Virus record (IMG/VR): IMGVR_UViG_3300032397_000001
Length of the DNA: 64,000 nucleotides
DNA from: a virus
Direction: 5' to 3' (one strand)
The position numbers were made by a program, and so were the translations under genes. The notes beneath the pieces are model-generated. The model saw nothing but the letters and a program-made list of their open reading frames with translations. It searched no databases and was not told the origin of the DNA. This document shows positions 41,336-50,038 of this stretch, one piece after another (positions within the stretch are counted from its first letter, which is position 1; the number at the start of each line of letters is the position of its first letter).

Positions 41336-41884
41336 ATGAAAGACGGCAAGCGCGAGGCAATCTCAAAGGTGTTGGACGTAGCCCGGGAACTCATCGAGCA
41401 GCACCTCGACGAGCACCACGGGCCGCATGTTCATCATGTTGCGCTTGGGATAGGGGTTATGTCAGGGCTTCCGATTGAATATGTTCCCGAGGAATCCGTG
41501 AATTATCCTACTGATCCTGACTACCCTCCCACCAGGCTGAGCGGGACGATGGAGCCTGAGTGGTGTAAACATCTTGTTACGCATACAGAGAATGACAAGC
41601 TTGTGTGCAGTGGGTGTGGTGCAATTGGAAATGACCTGAGCAAGAGCTGTGGTATCGAATGGCCCAAGGTCAAGAATCCGGGGAACAAGATCAAGGTGGG
41701 GTGCGAGTATTGCGCCTATTCCACCGCGTCAGGGTGGCCGACTCGTTGTCTCTGCCGTCGGTATCCTCCTCCGGATCCGAGGGAACCTGGGCCGGATGCA
41801 AAGCTCTCCCGTTGGCCGATAGTGCATATCCAGTCGTGGTGTGGTGAGTTTGATCCTGGAGAAGGTTTCCCGTTCCGCTGGTAA
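41336..41884 (+). CDS. mosaic Zn-finger protein, family 2
   Basis: EQHLDEHHGPH, PTRLSGTMEPE, CRRYPP...WPIV...WCGEF. Confidence 0.7.
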   Translation: MKDGKREAISKVLDVARELIEQHLDEHHGPHVHHVALGIGVMSGLPIEYVPEESVNYPTDPDYPPTRLSGTMEPEWCKHLVTHTENDKLVCSGCGAIGNDLSKSCGIEWPKVKNPGNKIKVGCEYCAYSTASGWPTRCLCRRYPPPDPREPGPDAKLSRWPIVHIQSWCGEFDPGEGFPFRW

Positions 41885-41895
41885 GGAGGAGTGAC

Positions 41896-42372
41896 ATGAG
41901 TTTCGCCCAAGCCTATGTATGCAATCAATGCGGCCTGGCTCAAAGGAAGTACGTTCCTCCTCTCTGGACCACCCCGATAGCTTTTCACCAATGCTGCCCA
42001 CAATGCGGGGCAGGAATAGAGGATATTCGTCTGGCAATAGGAGAATGGAAACAACAAAGAATAGTGCGCGGATTGTGGCCGTTCAGATTTGTTGAATATG
42101 TGGATAGCGTATTTGAAGAAAAACCAGAATGCCGCAGAACCAGCGCCACAGATGTGGACATTACCAGGCATTGCCCCGTCTGCGTAGTTGACGACGATTC
42201 ACCGACGAGGCTAGGCGGGACGATGGAGCCGGAGCATCAGTTTGTCACCAGGGATGATTTCGATCAATTCCGCTCTTGGCTGAGCCAGCAGAGAACCGCA
42301 GAGTGGACTCGGTTGATGGAGCACTCACACGGGGTAAACGGGGAAGTAATCTTCCCGGACATGGAGGAGTGA
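41896..42372 (+). CDS. mosaic protein, family 2
   Basis: Zn ribbon, PTRLGGTMEPE, and a MEHSH box shared with 45929. Confidence 0.7.
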   Translation: MSFAQAYVCNQCGLAQRKYVPPLWTTPIAFHQCCPQCGAGIEDIRLAIGEWKQQRIVRGLWPFRFVEYVDSVFEEKPECRRTSATDVDITRHCPVCVVDDDSPTRLGGTMEPEHQFVTRDDFDQFRSWLSQQRTAEWTRLMEHSHGVNGEVIFPDMEE

Positions 42373-42505
42373 AACGAAATGAAAACCATGCTAGGTGCGT
42401 GCTTCGGATTCGTTTTCGGTTACCTAATTATCTGTCTCATCTTCAATAAGCTGAGAAGGAAGTCGCCAACCTCAAACAGCGCATCGCCGAGCTGGAGGAA
42501 GGACG

Positions 42506-42911
42506 ATGACTGAAAAAAGGAAATTGTGCCCATTGTTAATGATGGGATGGATGGCATGTCCAAAGGATTTCGGCAAAGACGCAGGAGGTATCTGTTGTTG
42601 TAAAAAGGAAAAATGTGCTTGGTGGTATGAGAATTATGCAGGATGCAGTGTTTGGGTAATGGCTAGAGAACTGGATGGGATAGAAGAAAAAACCACATAA
42701 AAGGAGGAGTGACATGGAAGCACTGCTACATTCTGTGGAAAAGACGATGGAGAACTTCACACTGTTCATGAATACCACTGTGACTGGGTTTGAACTCATG
42801 GGGAAAGTCTTTGAAAAGCTACAGAACGAAATCTACATACTGGGATTCTGGTGTCTTGGTATCACGGTTTGGCTGGCTGCACTTTCGTGGCGCTCAAGAA
42901 AGAAGGAGTAG
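42506..42911 (+). other. two small genes (Cys-rich 42506-42700; TM-anchored 42714-42911)
   Basis: GGAGGA RBSs. Confidence 0.6.
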
Positions 42912-42978
42912 TAGTACGGATAGAAGAACCCGAGTGGCTTATGGTCTGGCACGACCGTTTGGTAGGAAGGGGACTAAC

Positions 42979-43527
42979 ATGAGGGAAAGGAAGGGCCGGG
43001 TAATAAGAGTGATGGTTTGTTCTATGGTTGCGGTGATCTTTTCGCTGGTCAGTCTGGCTATCATTCTTTTCACTTTAGGCGACTGCACCGATTCCTCGAC
43101 CGAGGCCTGGCCAGCGGATTTCTGGGTTTCCGGGATCCTCGTCTTCGGTGACGTTCTCCCTGACGAGCAGGATGCCATCACCCGGCTCTCTACTGCCATT
43201 CAGGCTCTTAGCTATTCCATCGACGGCCTCCCCACCGTGATCTTCATTCGCTCACCTGATCAGCATATCCCCAAGATCTGCAAGTGCAGTCACTGCACTG
43301 ACGTATGGTCCGAAGTGCCCGGCGTGATCGGAGTCAAGGAGCGAGTAGCCGGCGAGGGACTGAGCGGCCTTCGGCGCGGAGGGATGATCTTCGTGAGCCG
43401 GATCGGAGACCGGAAGGGAATGCTGGACGAACTCCTGGCGCATGAATTCGCACATTGGCTTTGCGACTGCGGGGATGGAGTGAGGGTTGGTGTGTTGGAA
43501 GGAGAGTTGATTAAGAGGATGTTGTAA
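42979..43527 (+). CDS. membrane-anchored HExxH metallopeptidase-like protein
   Basis: N-terminal TM helix; LLAHEFAH. Confidence 0.55.
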   Translation: MRERKGRVIRVMVCSMVAVIFSLVSLAIILFTLGDCTDSSTEAWPADFWVSGILVFGDVLPDEQDAITRLSTAIQALSYSIDGLPTVIFIRSPDQHIPKICKCSHCTDVWSEVPGVIGVKERVAGEGLSGLRRGGMIFVSRIGDRKGMLDELLAHEFAHWLCDCGDGVRVGVLEGELIKRML

Positions 43528-43683
43528 CTGAAAGGAGTAGTGATATGTTTTTCATCGGAACCGTTCGTCGATTTCTATTTATCGTCGGTAGTCATCGTTG
43601 GAACGCATGGGTGCGAGACTTTACTGCCAGACTTGAAGGATCATGGTTGATAAGAAGTCGGCCACAAAAGAAGGAGTAACATT

Positions 43684-44157
43684 ATGGACTTTGAAAAGGT
43701 AAGCCCCCACGGCTTTATGATCAAGACCTTTGAGAGATATGACCAGCAGCTACGTATTGAATTGGATAGAGATTATTTGCGACGAGACGATATTGACCCT
43801 CCCGGTGATGACGTGATCCGTGAACACCTTATCGAGCACCACCAGTCGCTAATGAAATGGTATGAGAACCATCTAGAGGGTCATGCAGATGCAAAACCAC
43901 CAGACGATCCCTGCCATGGACCGGAGAAGGTGACCTGCTTACACGAAGAGACCTATACCACAAATGACAAACGTGTATGTTTGTTTTGCAGAAAGACTAT
44001 GCACGATTCGCCGCAGCGGTGCGAGTGCAACGACTGTAAAAATATCACATGGGGAGTGAAGAGTAATGGGGTAGAACCTATAAGGTTTTGTCCATTCACT
44101 GGCATGCTAGATGGTCGACCAGCAAGCCGTAAGTTACTGAAGGCCGAGAAGGAATAG
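43684..44157 (+). CDS. mosaic protein, family 2
   Basis: REHLIEHH; C-terminal Zn motifs. Confidence 0.65.
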   Translation: MDFEKVSPHGFMIKTFERYDQQLRIELDRDYLRRDDIDPPGDDVIREHLIEHHQSLMKWYENHLEGHADAKPPDDPCHGPEKVTCLHEETYTTNDKRVCLFCRKTMHDSPQRCECNDCKNITWGVKSNGVEPIRFCPFTGMLDGRPASRKLLKAEKE

Positions 44158-44832
44158 TGAGATGATGTATATCTGCAAGCAAGGTCATATTTTCTCTTCT
44201 AAATCCACTGAGCCTATCTGCCCTACATGCGGTCGCCGCTTGGAGCGAGCGATCTGGGATGACTCCCAGAAGAGGTATATCATGATTCGTCCCTCTAAGA
44301 GGAAGGCTAGGAAGAAGGAGGAGTGAGATATGCGTTGCCCTGAATGTATCAAGCTTGGAATGGTATCTAGAGTTTACTCAGATGGGTGCTCAATGACCCT
44401 CATGGCTATTTTGGAATGGGCACTATTATAACCCGAACAAAACAACTTGCTCCTACCATTGTTCAAATGGCTATGCTTTCTCGGAAGCATCCGGTGGCAG
44501 ATCTCCACCGGATGATGAGAGGTGAGACATGCTATACAGCGGACTTCCACCTAATTTGGTGATTACTCTGGGCATTGTAGCCCTCACTGTCTGTTTTTTC
44601 GGAGCAATAAATGGAGCATTTCTGTTGCTAGACGGGCTTGACCTTCTGAAATGAACGGACGAAGGAGGGGGCGAGATGAAGATGAACAGTTGGCGTTGGT
44701 TCGTTTTAGGATATATAGTAGGGGCCATAGCAGCTACTATTTCAGCCCTATATCTCATCTAGGAGTAGGCGTGTTTACCTTACCTATTGGTGGTTTGCCC
44801 GGCCATTGGAGTTTCCGAAAGGACCAAGTTCG

Positions 44833-45147
44833 ATGAGCGACATAGTGATGAACTATATTAAAGCAAGTAATTGGACACCCCACAAAGAAGATATAATTGT
44901 TGCCCTTAAGGCCGAGCGTGTTGAGCACGCGAGACAGACTGCCAAGCTTGAGGCTAAAGCTCAAATATCTTTCGACGGAGAAAGTAGGATGCTTTCGGTT
45001 GTTGCCGACCTCACCGAGCAACTGGAGGAAGCTACTGATATCATCAAAAAACTGCTTGGTGTAAATCAAGTGAGTGATGAGGAAATGGTTAAAGCTATCG
45101 AGTGGGCAAAGAAGTCTCCAGCAATGAGAAATTCTGTTGAGAAGTAA
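44833..45147 (+). CDS. mosaic coiled-coil protein, family 1
   Basis: MSDIV...ALKAERVEHARQ...VVADL. Confidence 0.7.
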   Translation: MSDIVMNYIKASNWTPHKEDIIVALKAERVEHARQTAKLEAKAQISFDGESRMLSVVADLTEQLEEATDIIKKLLGVNQVSDEEMVKAIEWAKKSPAMRNSVEK

Positions 45148-45148
45148 T

Positions 45149-45589
45149 ATGGGCGGACCAAAAATAAGCGATGGTTTGAGTCGACAACGACGTTGGCAAT
45201 TACGTCGCACTGCAGAAGGATGTTGTCAGACGTGTGGGCTTCCACTAAATAAGCATTCTTATCAATGTGATTCTTGCTCCGAAAAGAGCACGATCCGAGA
45301 AAAGCGGCGTTATAAACAACGAATATCAAATGGGAAATGCCCCTGCTGTGGTAGAGAGCATTCATCATCAACCGTTGTTTGTCCAGAATGTCTTGAAGAT
45401 AAATCTTCAAGAGTAAAGAGACTGAAGTCTGAGGGAAGATGTATCAGATGTGGAGCTATAACAGAAGGTAGATTCAGTTGTAACGCTTGTATTGTTATTG
45501 GGCGTGAGAGAGCTCGAAAGAGAAGAGGTTGTGTAAGACGTAATATTAATGCTATGTCATATCAAATCAGTAAGGAGGGAGTAAAATGA
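45149..45589 (+). CDS. basic protein with three GxCxxCG...CxxC repeats
   Basis: repeated Zn-binding units. Confidence 0.65.
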   Translation: MGGPKISDGLSRQRRWQLRRTAEGCCQTCGLPLNKHSYQCDSCSEKSTIREKRRYKQRISNGKCPCCGREHSSSTVVCPECLEDKSSRVKRLKSEGRCIRCGAITEGRFSCNACIVIGRERARKRRGCVRRNINAMSYQISKEGVK

Positions 45590-45928
45590 AACTGTGGGAT
45601 AGAGTGAGAGGTACAGCTGTCGTAGCAGGAATTCATATTATGAATAAGGTTAGCAAAGAAGTTTATTTCTAAGCCCGCCTGGGGTCAGGTTAACCTTGCA
45701 ACGTTCGGGACGGAGACCTGGCCTATATTCAGCGAACAGGATGAAAAGGGAGAGGATAAAGATGCTACTCTGTGACCACGCTATTGAGTGCGGCCAGCGA
45801 TGTAAGCACGCCATTGCTCACGAGTCTTTCGGTCAGCAGTGCGAGGGGGAGTGGAAGTGCGTACATGTTAAGGCCGATGAGCGAACTCTGTGCAAGCCAC
45901 TCAAGGAGAAGGAGAAGGAGGAGAAGTG

Positions 45929-46453
45929 ATGCACAAGATTGACTGGGAAGGTCTGAAGCGTCTTCATGGAGATAATTGGACTATCGAACTCGTCCGGCAA
46001 CTGGATGAGCGGTTTGCAAAGAGGGAGGAATTTGAGGAACACAGTAAGTGGCTGCTCAGTCAACAAACAGCAGCATGGGATAGGATAATGGATCATAGTC
46101 ACTCGGCGAAAGGAGAACTTGTATTTCCACCGACGGAGCCCATCACGGTTACCCGAAACATGGTGGGGGCCTGCAGTCCCATCGAGGAGGATGAGATCCA
46201 GCCAAACACGGTCTGTGACAGCGAAGTTGGATGTGTAACTTTCCCAGAGGATTGGGTTGTAGACACCGTGACGGCAACGCAGCGGGGTTGCAAGTGCCCG
46301 TTATGCTATTCGGTGGTCCAGCCGAAGGCGGAGTGTAATCATCCATGCCACGTGATTAACCGTTCTGGACTCCACTATGCGGAGGTCACCGGGAAGTGGG
46401 CATACTGTGCTAGATGTGGCCTCTCGCTGGCCGCGAAGGAGGAGAAGACATGA
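45929..46453 (+). CDS. mosaic protein, family 2
   Basis: WDRIMDHSH box; WAYCARCG...KEEKT. Confidence 0.7.
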   Translation: MHKIDWEGLKRLHGDNWTIELVRQLDERFAKREEFEEHSKWLLSQQTAAWDRIMDHSHSAKGELVFPPTEPITVTRNMVGACSPIEEDEIQPNTVCDSEVGCVTFPEDWVVDTVTATQRGCKCPLCYSVVQPKAECNHPCHVINRSGLHYAEVTGKWAYCARCGLSLAAKEEKT

Positions 46454-46737
46454 ACTGGAAAAAAGTAAATGAGTGCTGGAACACTAAGAGTGACATCACC
46501 TATGCGCTTGAGGAGATGCTACGTCAGCACCTGGAGGAGTGCCACAAAGAGATAGTGCAGTTAAAATGCCCAGGCTGCGAGCAGTGGTTCGCAAGTGACA
46601 GGTGGATGAAAAAGCCAGCCAAGCTGTGTGAGTGTACAAATAGAATCTGCGGTAGATCGCAGATCAACGGAGTCTGGGTTAATTGGGACTATTGTCCGAA
46701 GTGCGGAAAGCTGCTGGAGAAGGAGGAGAAGCCATGA
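46450..46737 (+). CDS. mosaic Zn-ribbon protein, family 2
   Basis: RQHLEECH; WDYCPKCGKLLEKEEKP. Confidence 0.7.
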   Translation: MNWKKVNECWNTKSDITYALEEMLRQHLEECHKEIVQLKCPGCEQWFASDRWMKKPAKLCECTNRICGRSQINGVWVNWDYCPKCGKLLEKEEKP

Positions 46738-46872
46738 ACCGTCTAGCAATGATTGATTTTCTAAACACCAGACTTCGATCATTCAAAACCCCTTGGTATC
46801 GATGGGCAATAGATATTACATGGGACAAACTTGAGCGATGGGCAAAAATGCTTGGATGGAAGGAGAAGTGAT

Positions 46873-47265
46873 ATGGACTGGGGCCAGGAGCGTACCGAGT
46901 ACGAGAAGGAGATTGATAACCTAAACCAAGATCGGGCTAACGGGTGTGCATGCCTATTTGTGAATTCTGTTTGCATGTCTCAGTGTTCTTATCACGCCAA
47001 GCAGGTTGTCGACCTACAAGCAAAACTGGAAGCCTGGTATACTTGGTATTCTTTCCCCAAGTGGAGGAGAGACGATAGTCACGCCACGCAGGTTAAGGAT
47101 TTAGAAACACAGATAATCGACTTACGGCGGCAGATACACAAAATAAAAAAAATGTATTCTGCTTTGTCTGGCCCTCGCGCTCATGGACTGGGTTGCGATT
47201 GTGGTGAGCAAGTTAAAAGCGGCTATACTTGTAAACAGTTTTCGGACCTCATGAAGGAGGAGTAA
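46873..47265 (+). CDS. mosaic protein with family-1 boxes
   Basis: HAKQVVDL, HATQVKDL. Confidence 0.65.
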   Translation: MDWGQERTEYEKEIDNLNQDRANGCACLFVNSVCMSQCSYHAKQVVDLQAKLEAWYTWYSFPKWRRDDSHATQVKDLETQIIDLRRQIHKIKKMYSALSGPRAHGLGCDCGEQVKSGYTCKQFSDLMKEE

Positions 47266-47624
47266 TGGATTGGAAGAAGATATATCTGGAGATACAAAGT
47301 AGAGGCTGTCATGAAGATTTTCCTCAAGATTTAATTGATGCGTTGCGGGAGTATAACTGTCAGCACCTAGCCAAGCACCACGGGCCACATCGTCATCGCT
47401 TTGGAGATGGGGTGTGGGTAACTGGAAGTGAGTTGCCTATGGATAAACCGGCAGTTGACGACGACCCTCCGACGAGGTTGAGCGGGACGATGGAGCCGGA
47501 GCGGAGCGAGTGCGACGGCTCATGCCATGACCCAGTTAATTACAATTTCTACCACATCGACAGAGGATGGGAGTTCTGCCCTTGGTGTGGCAAGCCACTC
47601 GACAAGAAGGAGGAGAAGCCATGA
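47265..47624 (+). CDS. mosaic protein, family 2
   Basis: QHLAKHHGPH, PTRLSGTMEPE, WEFCPWCGKPLDKKEEKP. Confidence 0.75.
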   Translation: MDWKKIYLEIQSRGCHEDFPQDLIDALREYNCQHLAKHHGPHRHRFGDGVWVTGSELPMDKPAVDDDPPTRLSGTMEPERSECDGSCHDPVNYNFYHIDRGWEFCPWCGKPLDKKEEKP

Positions 47625-47950
47625 GCGACGTGGTGGGGGAGTTCATCAACAGTGAGGATTGCGAACATCCCTCTGCTTGCTTTACCGAAACTCACATCTG
47701 CACAAAATGCCGAATCATTGCACGACAAGCCCTCGACGCAGAGCGTGTCGAGCACCAGCAATCCTTGGAACTCCTAGATGCAGAATTAAAAAGACAGTCA
47801 GAGGCACTGCATTTCGGAACGTCCCAATTTGTACTCAACAAAAGAGCCGATGAACTCGTAAGGCAGGTAGCCGACCTCCAGCAACGCATCTCCGATCTTA
47901 AGGCGAAGTCATGCCCATACCATGCTCCATGCGAGGAGAGGGATGAATAG
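47621..47950 (+). CDS. mosaic protein, family 1
   Basis: MSDVV...CEHPSACFTE...ALDAERVEH...QVADLQQRISDL. Confidence 0.75.
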   Translation: MSDVVGEFINSEDCEHPSACFTETHICTKCRIIARQALDAERVEHQQSLELLDAELKRQSEALHFGTSQFVLNKRADELVRQVADLQQRISDLKAKSCPYHAPCEERDE

Positions 47951-47992
47951 TGCTCGATTCCGAGAAAATCTATACAAGCAACTGATTACTAC

Positions 47993-48021
47993 TTGACAAT
48001 CTATTAGAAATTCGCTATACT
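47993..48021 (+). promoter_or_regulatory. near-consensus sigma70 promoter
   Basis: TTGACA-17-TATACT. Confidence 0.85.
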
Positions 48022-48043
48022 TTACTCAGGGAGAAAATACAAA

Positions 48044-48358
48044 ATGAGAATCTTTGATGTTGTGAATAAAAATAATTGTGGGTTCTTCTGTATGGCTAAA
48101 GATGAACAAGATGCACTTGCCCTTGCTAAAGAAGTTAAACATCTCAGGACTTCTCCCAAGCGTATAATTGACATAACTGAGAATCTAAAAAACGAGAATG
48201 GAATCTCTGAATTGATGATTGAACAGTATCGTGGAAGGTTATCCAAACAGATAACAGCAATTTCTTTTGATCAACTTTTGGTGTTTCCAGGTATGCACTC
48301 TCCGAGTTGTTGGATGAAATGGGGACAAAGTATTATGGTTGGTGATGGAATCTATTAA
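48044..48358 (+). CDS. hypothetical protein (moron-like, own promoter)
   Basis: GGGAG RBS, AT-rich. Confidence 0.65.
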   Translation: MRIFDVVNKNNCGFFCMAKDEQDALALAKEVKHLRTSPKRIIDITENLKNENGISELMIEQYRGRLSKQITAISFDQLLVFPGMHSPSCWMKWGQSIMVGDGIY

Positions 48359-48571
48359 AAGAGGAGGAGAAGCCATGAATAGAAATACCGAGTGGTTAAT
48401 GGGCTGGCATGATCGAATGTTTGAAAAGTACGGACACCCAAAGGGCGGGATCGACTGGTGCAGAAAGTTGGCTAATTTTATGGACGAGCTTGGCAATGAT
48501 GATCCATCAGATGCGGCGATTAAGGAGGCCATGAAGTGGGAAGCTGAAAACCCAGAGAAGGAGGAGAAGAC

Positions 48572-48835
48572 ATGAAGTATCGCAAGAAACCCATAGTGAT
48601 TGAGGCAATACGATACAATGGAGACAACTTTAATTGCATTCGCCTATTCGTTGGCAATACACCATTACATCGGGTGGGTGATGATAAACTTGGCATCCAA
48701 ACCCTTGAGGGTATAATGATAGCCAACCCAGGCGACTGGATAATCAAGGGGATAAAAGGCGAGTTTTATCCTTGCAAAAATGACATATTTGAGGCTACCT
48801 ATGATCTGTTGGTCGAGAAGGAGGAGGAGCCATGA
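48572..48835 (+). CDS. widespread phage protein (PGDYG-like)
   Basis: KYRKKPIVIEA...IQTLEG...PGDWIIKGIKGEFYPCK, ending in EKEEEP. Confidence 0.8.
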   Translation: MKYRKKPIVIEAIRYNGDNFNCIRLFVGNTPLHRVGDDKLGIQTLEGIMIANPGDWIIKGIKGEFYPCKNDIFEATYDLLVEKEEEP

Positions 48836-49104
48836 GCGACGTGGTGCGTGATGAGTTACAGATAGCGATTGGGCTGGCAACTGGTATCAACAAGCAGCGA
48901 TGGATAAATGTCCTTGCTGCCCTCGACGCAGAGCGGGAGGAGCACGCCCAAGCAGCCGAGTTGCTGAACGCTGAAGTTAAGCGGAAAGCACCAGTTGTAG
49001 AAATGTGCGACTACCGTTGCAAAGTGGACACAGATTACGAGAACTGGATGTATTGCCCAACGTGCGGTAAGTTGCTGCGATATTGGAAAGAAACTACCAG
49101 GTAA
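48832..49104 (+). CDS. hybrid: family-1 N-terminus with family-2 Zn-ribbon C-terminus
   Basis: MSDVVRD...ALDAEREEHAQ...WMYCPTCGK. Confidence 0.75.
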   Translation: MSDVVRDELQIAIGLATGINKQRWINVLAALDAEREEHAQAAELLNAEVKRKAPVVEMCDYRCKVDTDYENWMYCPTCGKLLRYWKETTR

Positions 49105-49142
49105 AGAGTGGTAGAGAAACTTTCAATGAAAACCCTATTGAC

Positions 49143-49170
49143 AAACATCTGGTGGATGTTTTTTTTTTTT
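49143..49170 (+). terminator. rho-independent terminator
   Basis: AAACATC-tggtg-GATGTTT followed by a long T run. Confidence 0.7.
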
Positions 49171-49180
49171 CTGAAAGTAC

Positions 49181-49209
49181 TTGACATCTGTTTGTAAGTA
49201 TGCTATACT
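49181..49209 (+). promoter_or_regulatory. near-consensus sigma70 promoter with extended -10
   Basis: TTGACA-17-TATACT, with TG one base upstream of the -10. Confidence 0.85.
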
Positions 49210-49243
49210 TAGATCATACAACAAACATGAAAGGGGAATTGAA

Positions 49244-49540
49244 ATGAGTACAATTCGTTTTGACTCACCTTTAGTGGAAGGATTGAGAAGAGGGATAGTA
49301 GCAGAGTTAAATTCTCAAGTTCAAAGTGACGATCCTGTAACTGAACGTCAACGTCTTGAAAAGGTTGAGGGTCAAGTATGGGATACTCAAGAACTGTCAA
49401 GAGATTTTGAAGTGTTGAGTTTTCTTGCTCCGTTTGTTGTTGTAATAAGGAAGGTTGATAATGTCAAAGGTACTTTGACCTTTCAACATCGTCCGAGATT
49501 TTATTTTGATTTTGTTGAAGATACATGGAAACCCTCATGA
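49244..49540 (+). CDS. conserved hypothetical protein (moron-like)
   Basis: GQVWDTQELSRDFEVLSFLAPFVVV...FQHRPRFYF. Confidence 0.7.
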   Translation: MSTIRFDSPLVEGLRRGIVAELNSQVQSDDPVTERQRLEKVEGQVWDTQELSRDFEVLSFLAPFVVVIRKVDNVKGTLTFQHRPRFYFDFVEDTWKPS

Positions 49541-49553
49541 AAGGAGGGGTGAG

Positions 49554-49823
49554 ATGAGCGATTTACCAAGAGCCTTTATCAACATGGAAAACTGTGATCA
49601 TCCCGCGGCTTGTTTTACGGAAATACGCATCTGTTGCCATTGTCAGATTGCAGCCCTTGCCGCCCTCGACGCAGAGCGTGAGGGGCGCGCCAAGCAGATA
49701 AGTTTATCCGAGGTCAAGATTTCTAACCTACGTTCCGAGTACGTCGGGGAGATTACTTTTCTCAACCTATGTATATTGGGGCTTGAGAAGCGGTTGCGAA
49801 ACGAGAAGGAGGAAGGACGGTGA
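49554..49823 (+). CDS. mosaic protein, family 1
   Basis: CDHPAACFTE (shared with 47621) plus ALDAERE. Confidence 0.7.
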   Translation: MSDLPRAFINMENCDHPAACFTEIRICCHCQIAALAALDAEREGRAKQISLSEVKISNLRSEYVGEITFLNLCILGLEKRLRNEKEEGR

Positions 49824-49933
49824 TCGGGGATAAGGCGAAACTGGTACTTACGGTCTATGTCCCGTACTTTAGTCAAACTGGGGCGTGGCAGAAGGGGATT
49901 AGAGAACTAGAGTCATGCAAGGAAAGCTGGTAG
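49820..49933 (+). pseudogene. frameshifted paralog of 40001
   Basis: GTG ATC GGG, then a shifted frame KAKLVLTVYVPYFSQ aligning with MVKHVLHNYVPWRSQ. Confidence 0.55.
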
Positions 49934-50038
49934 AGATCAGGCGCCGTGCTGAATCATGTCTGCGCTTTCGTTCCAGGGATGACTCACAGAAGACATTGTA
50001 TGACATCATTGACCTGATCGACAGCTTGGAGGAGTGAG

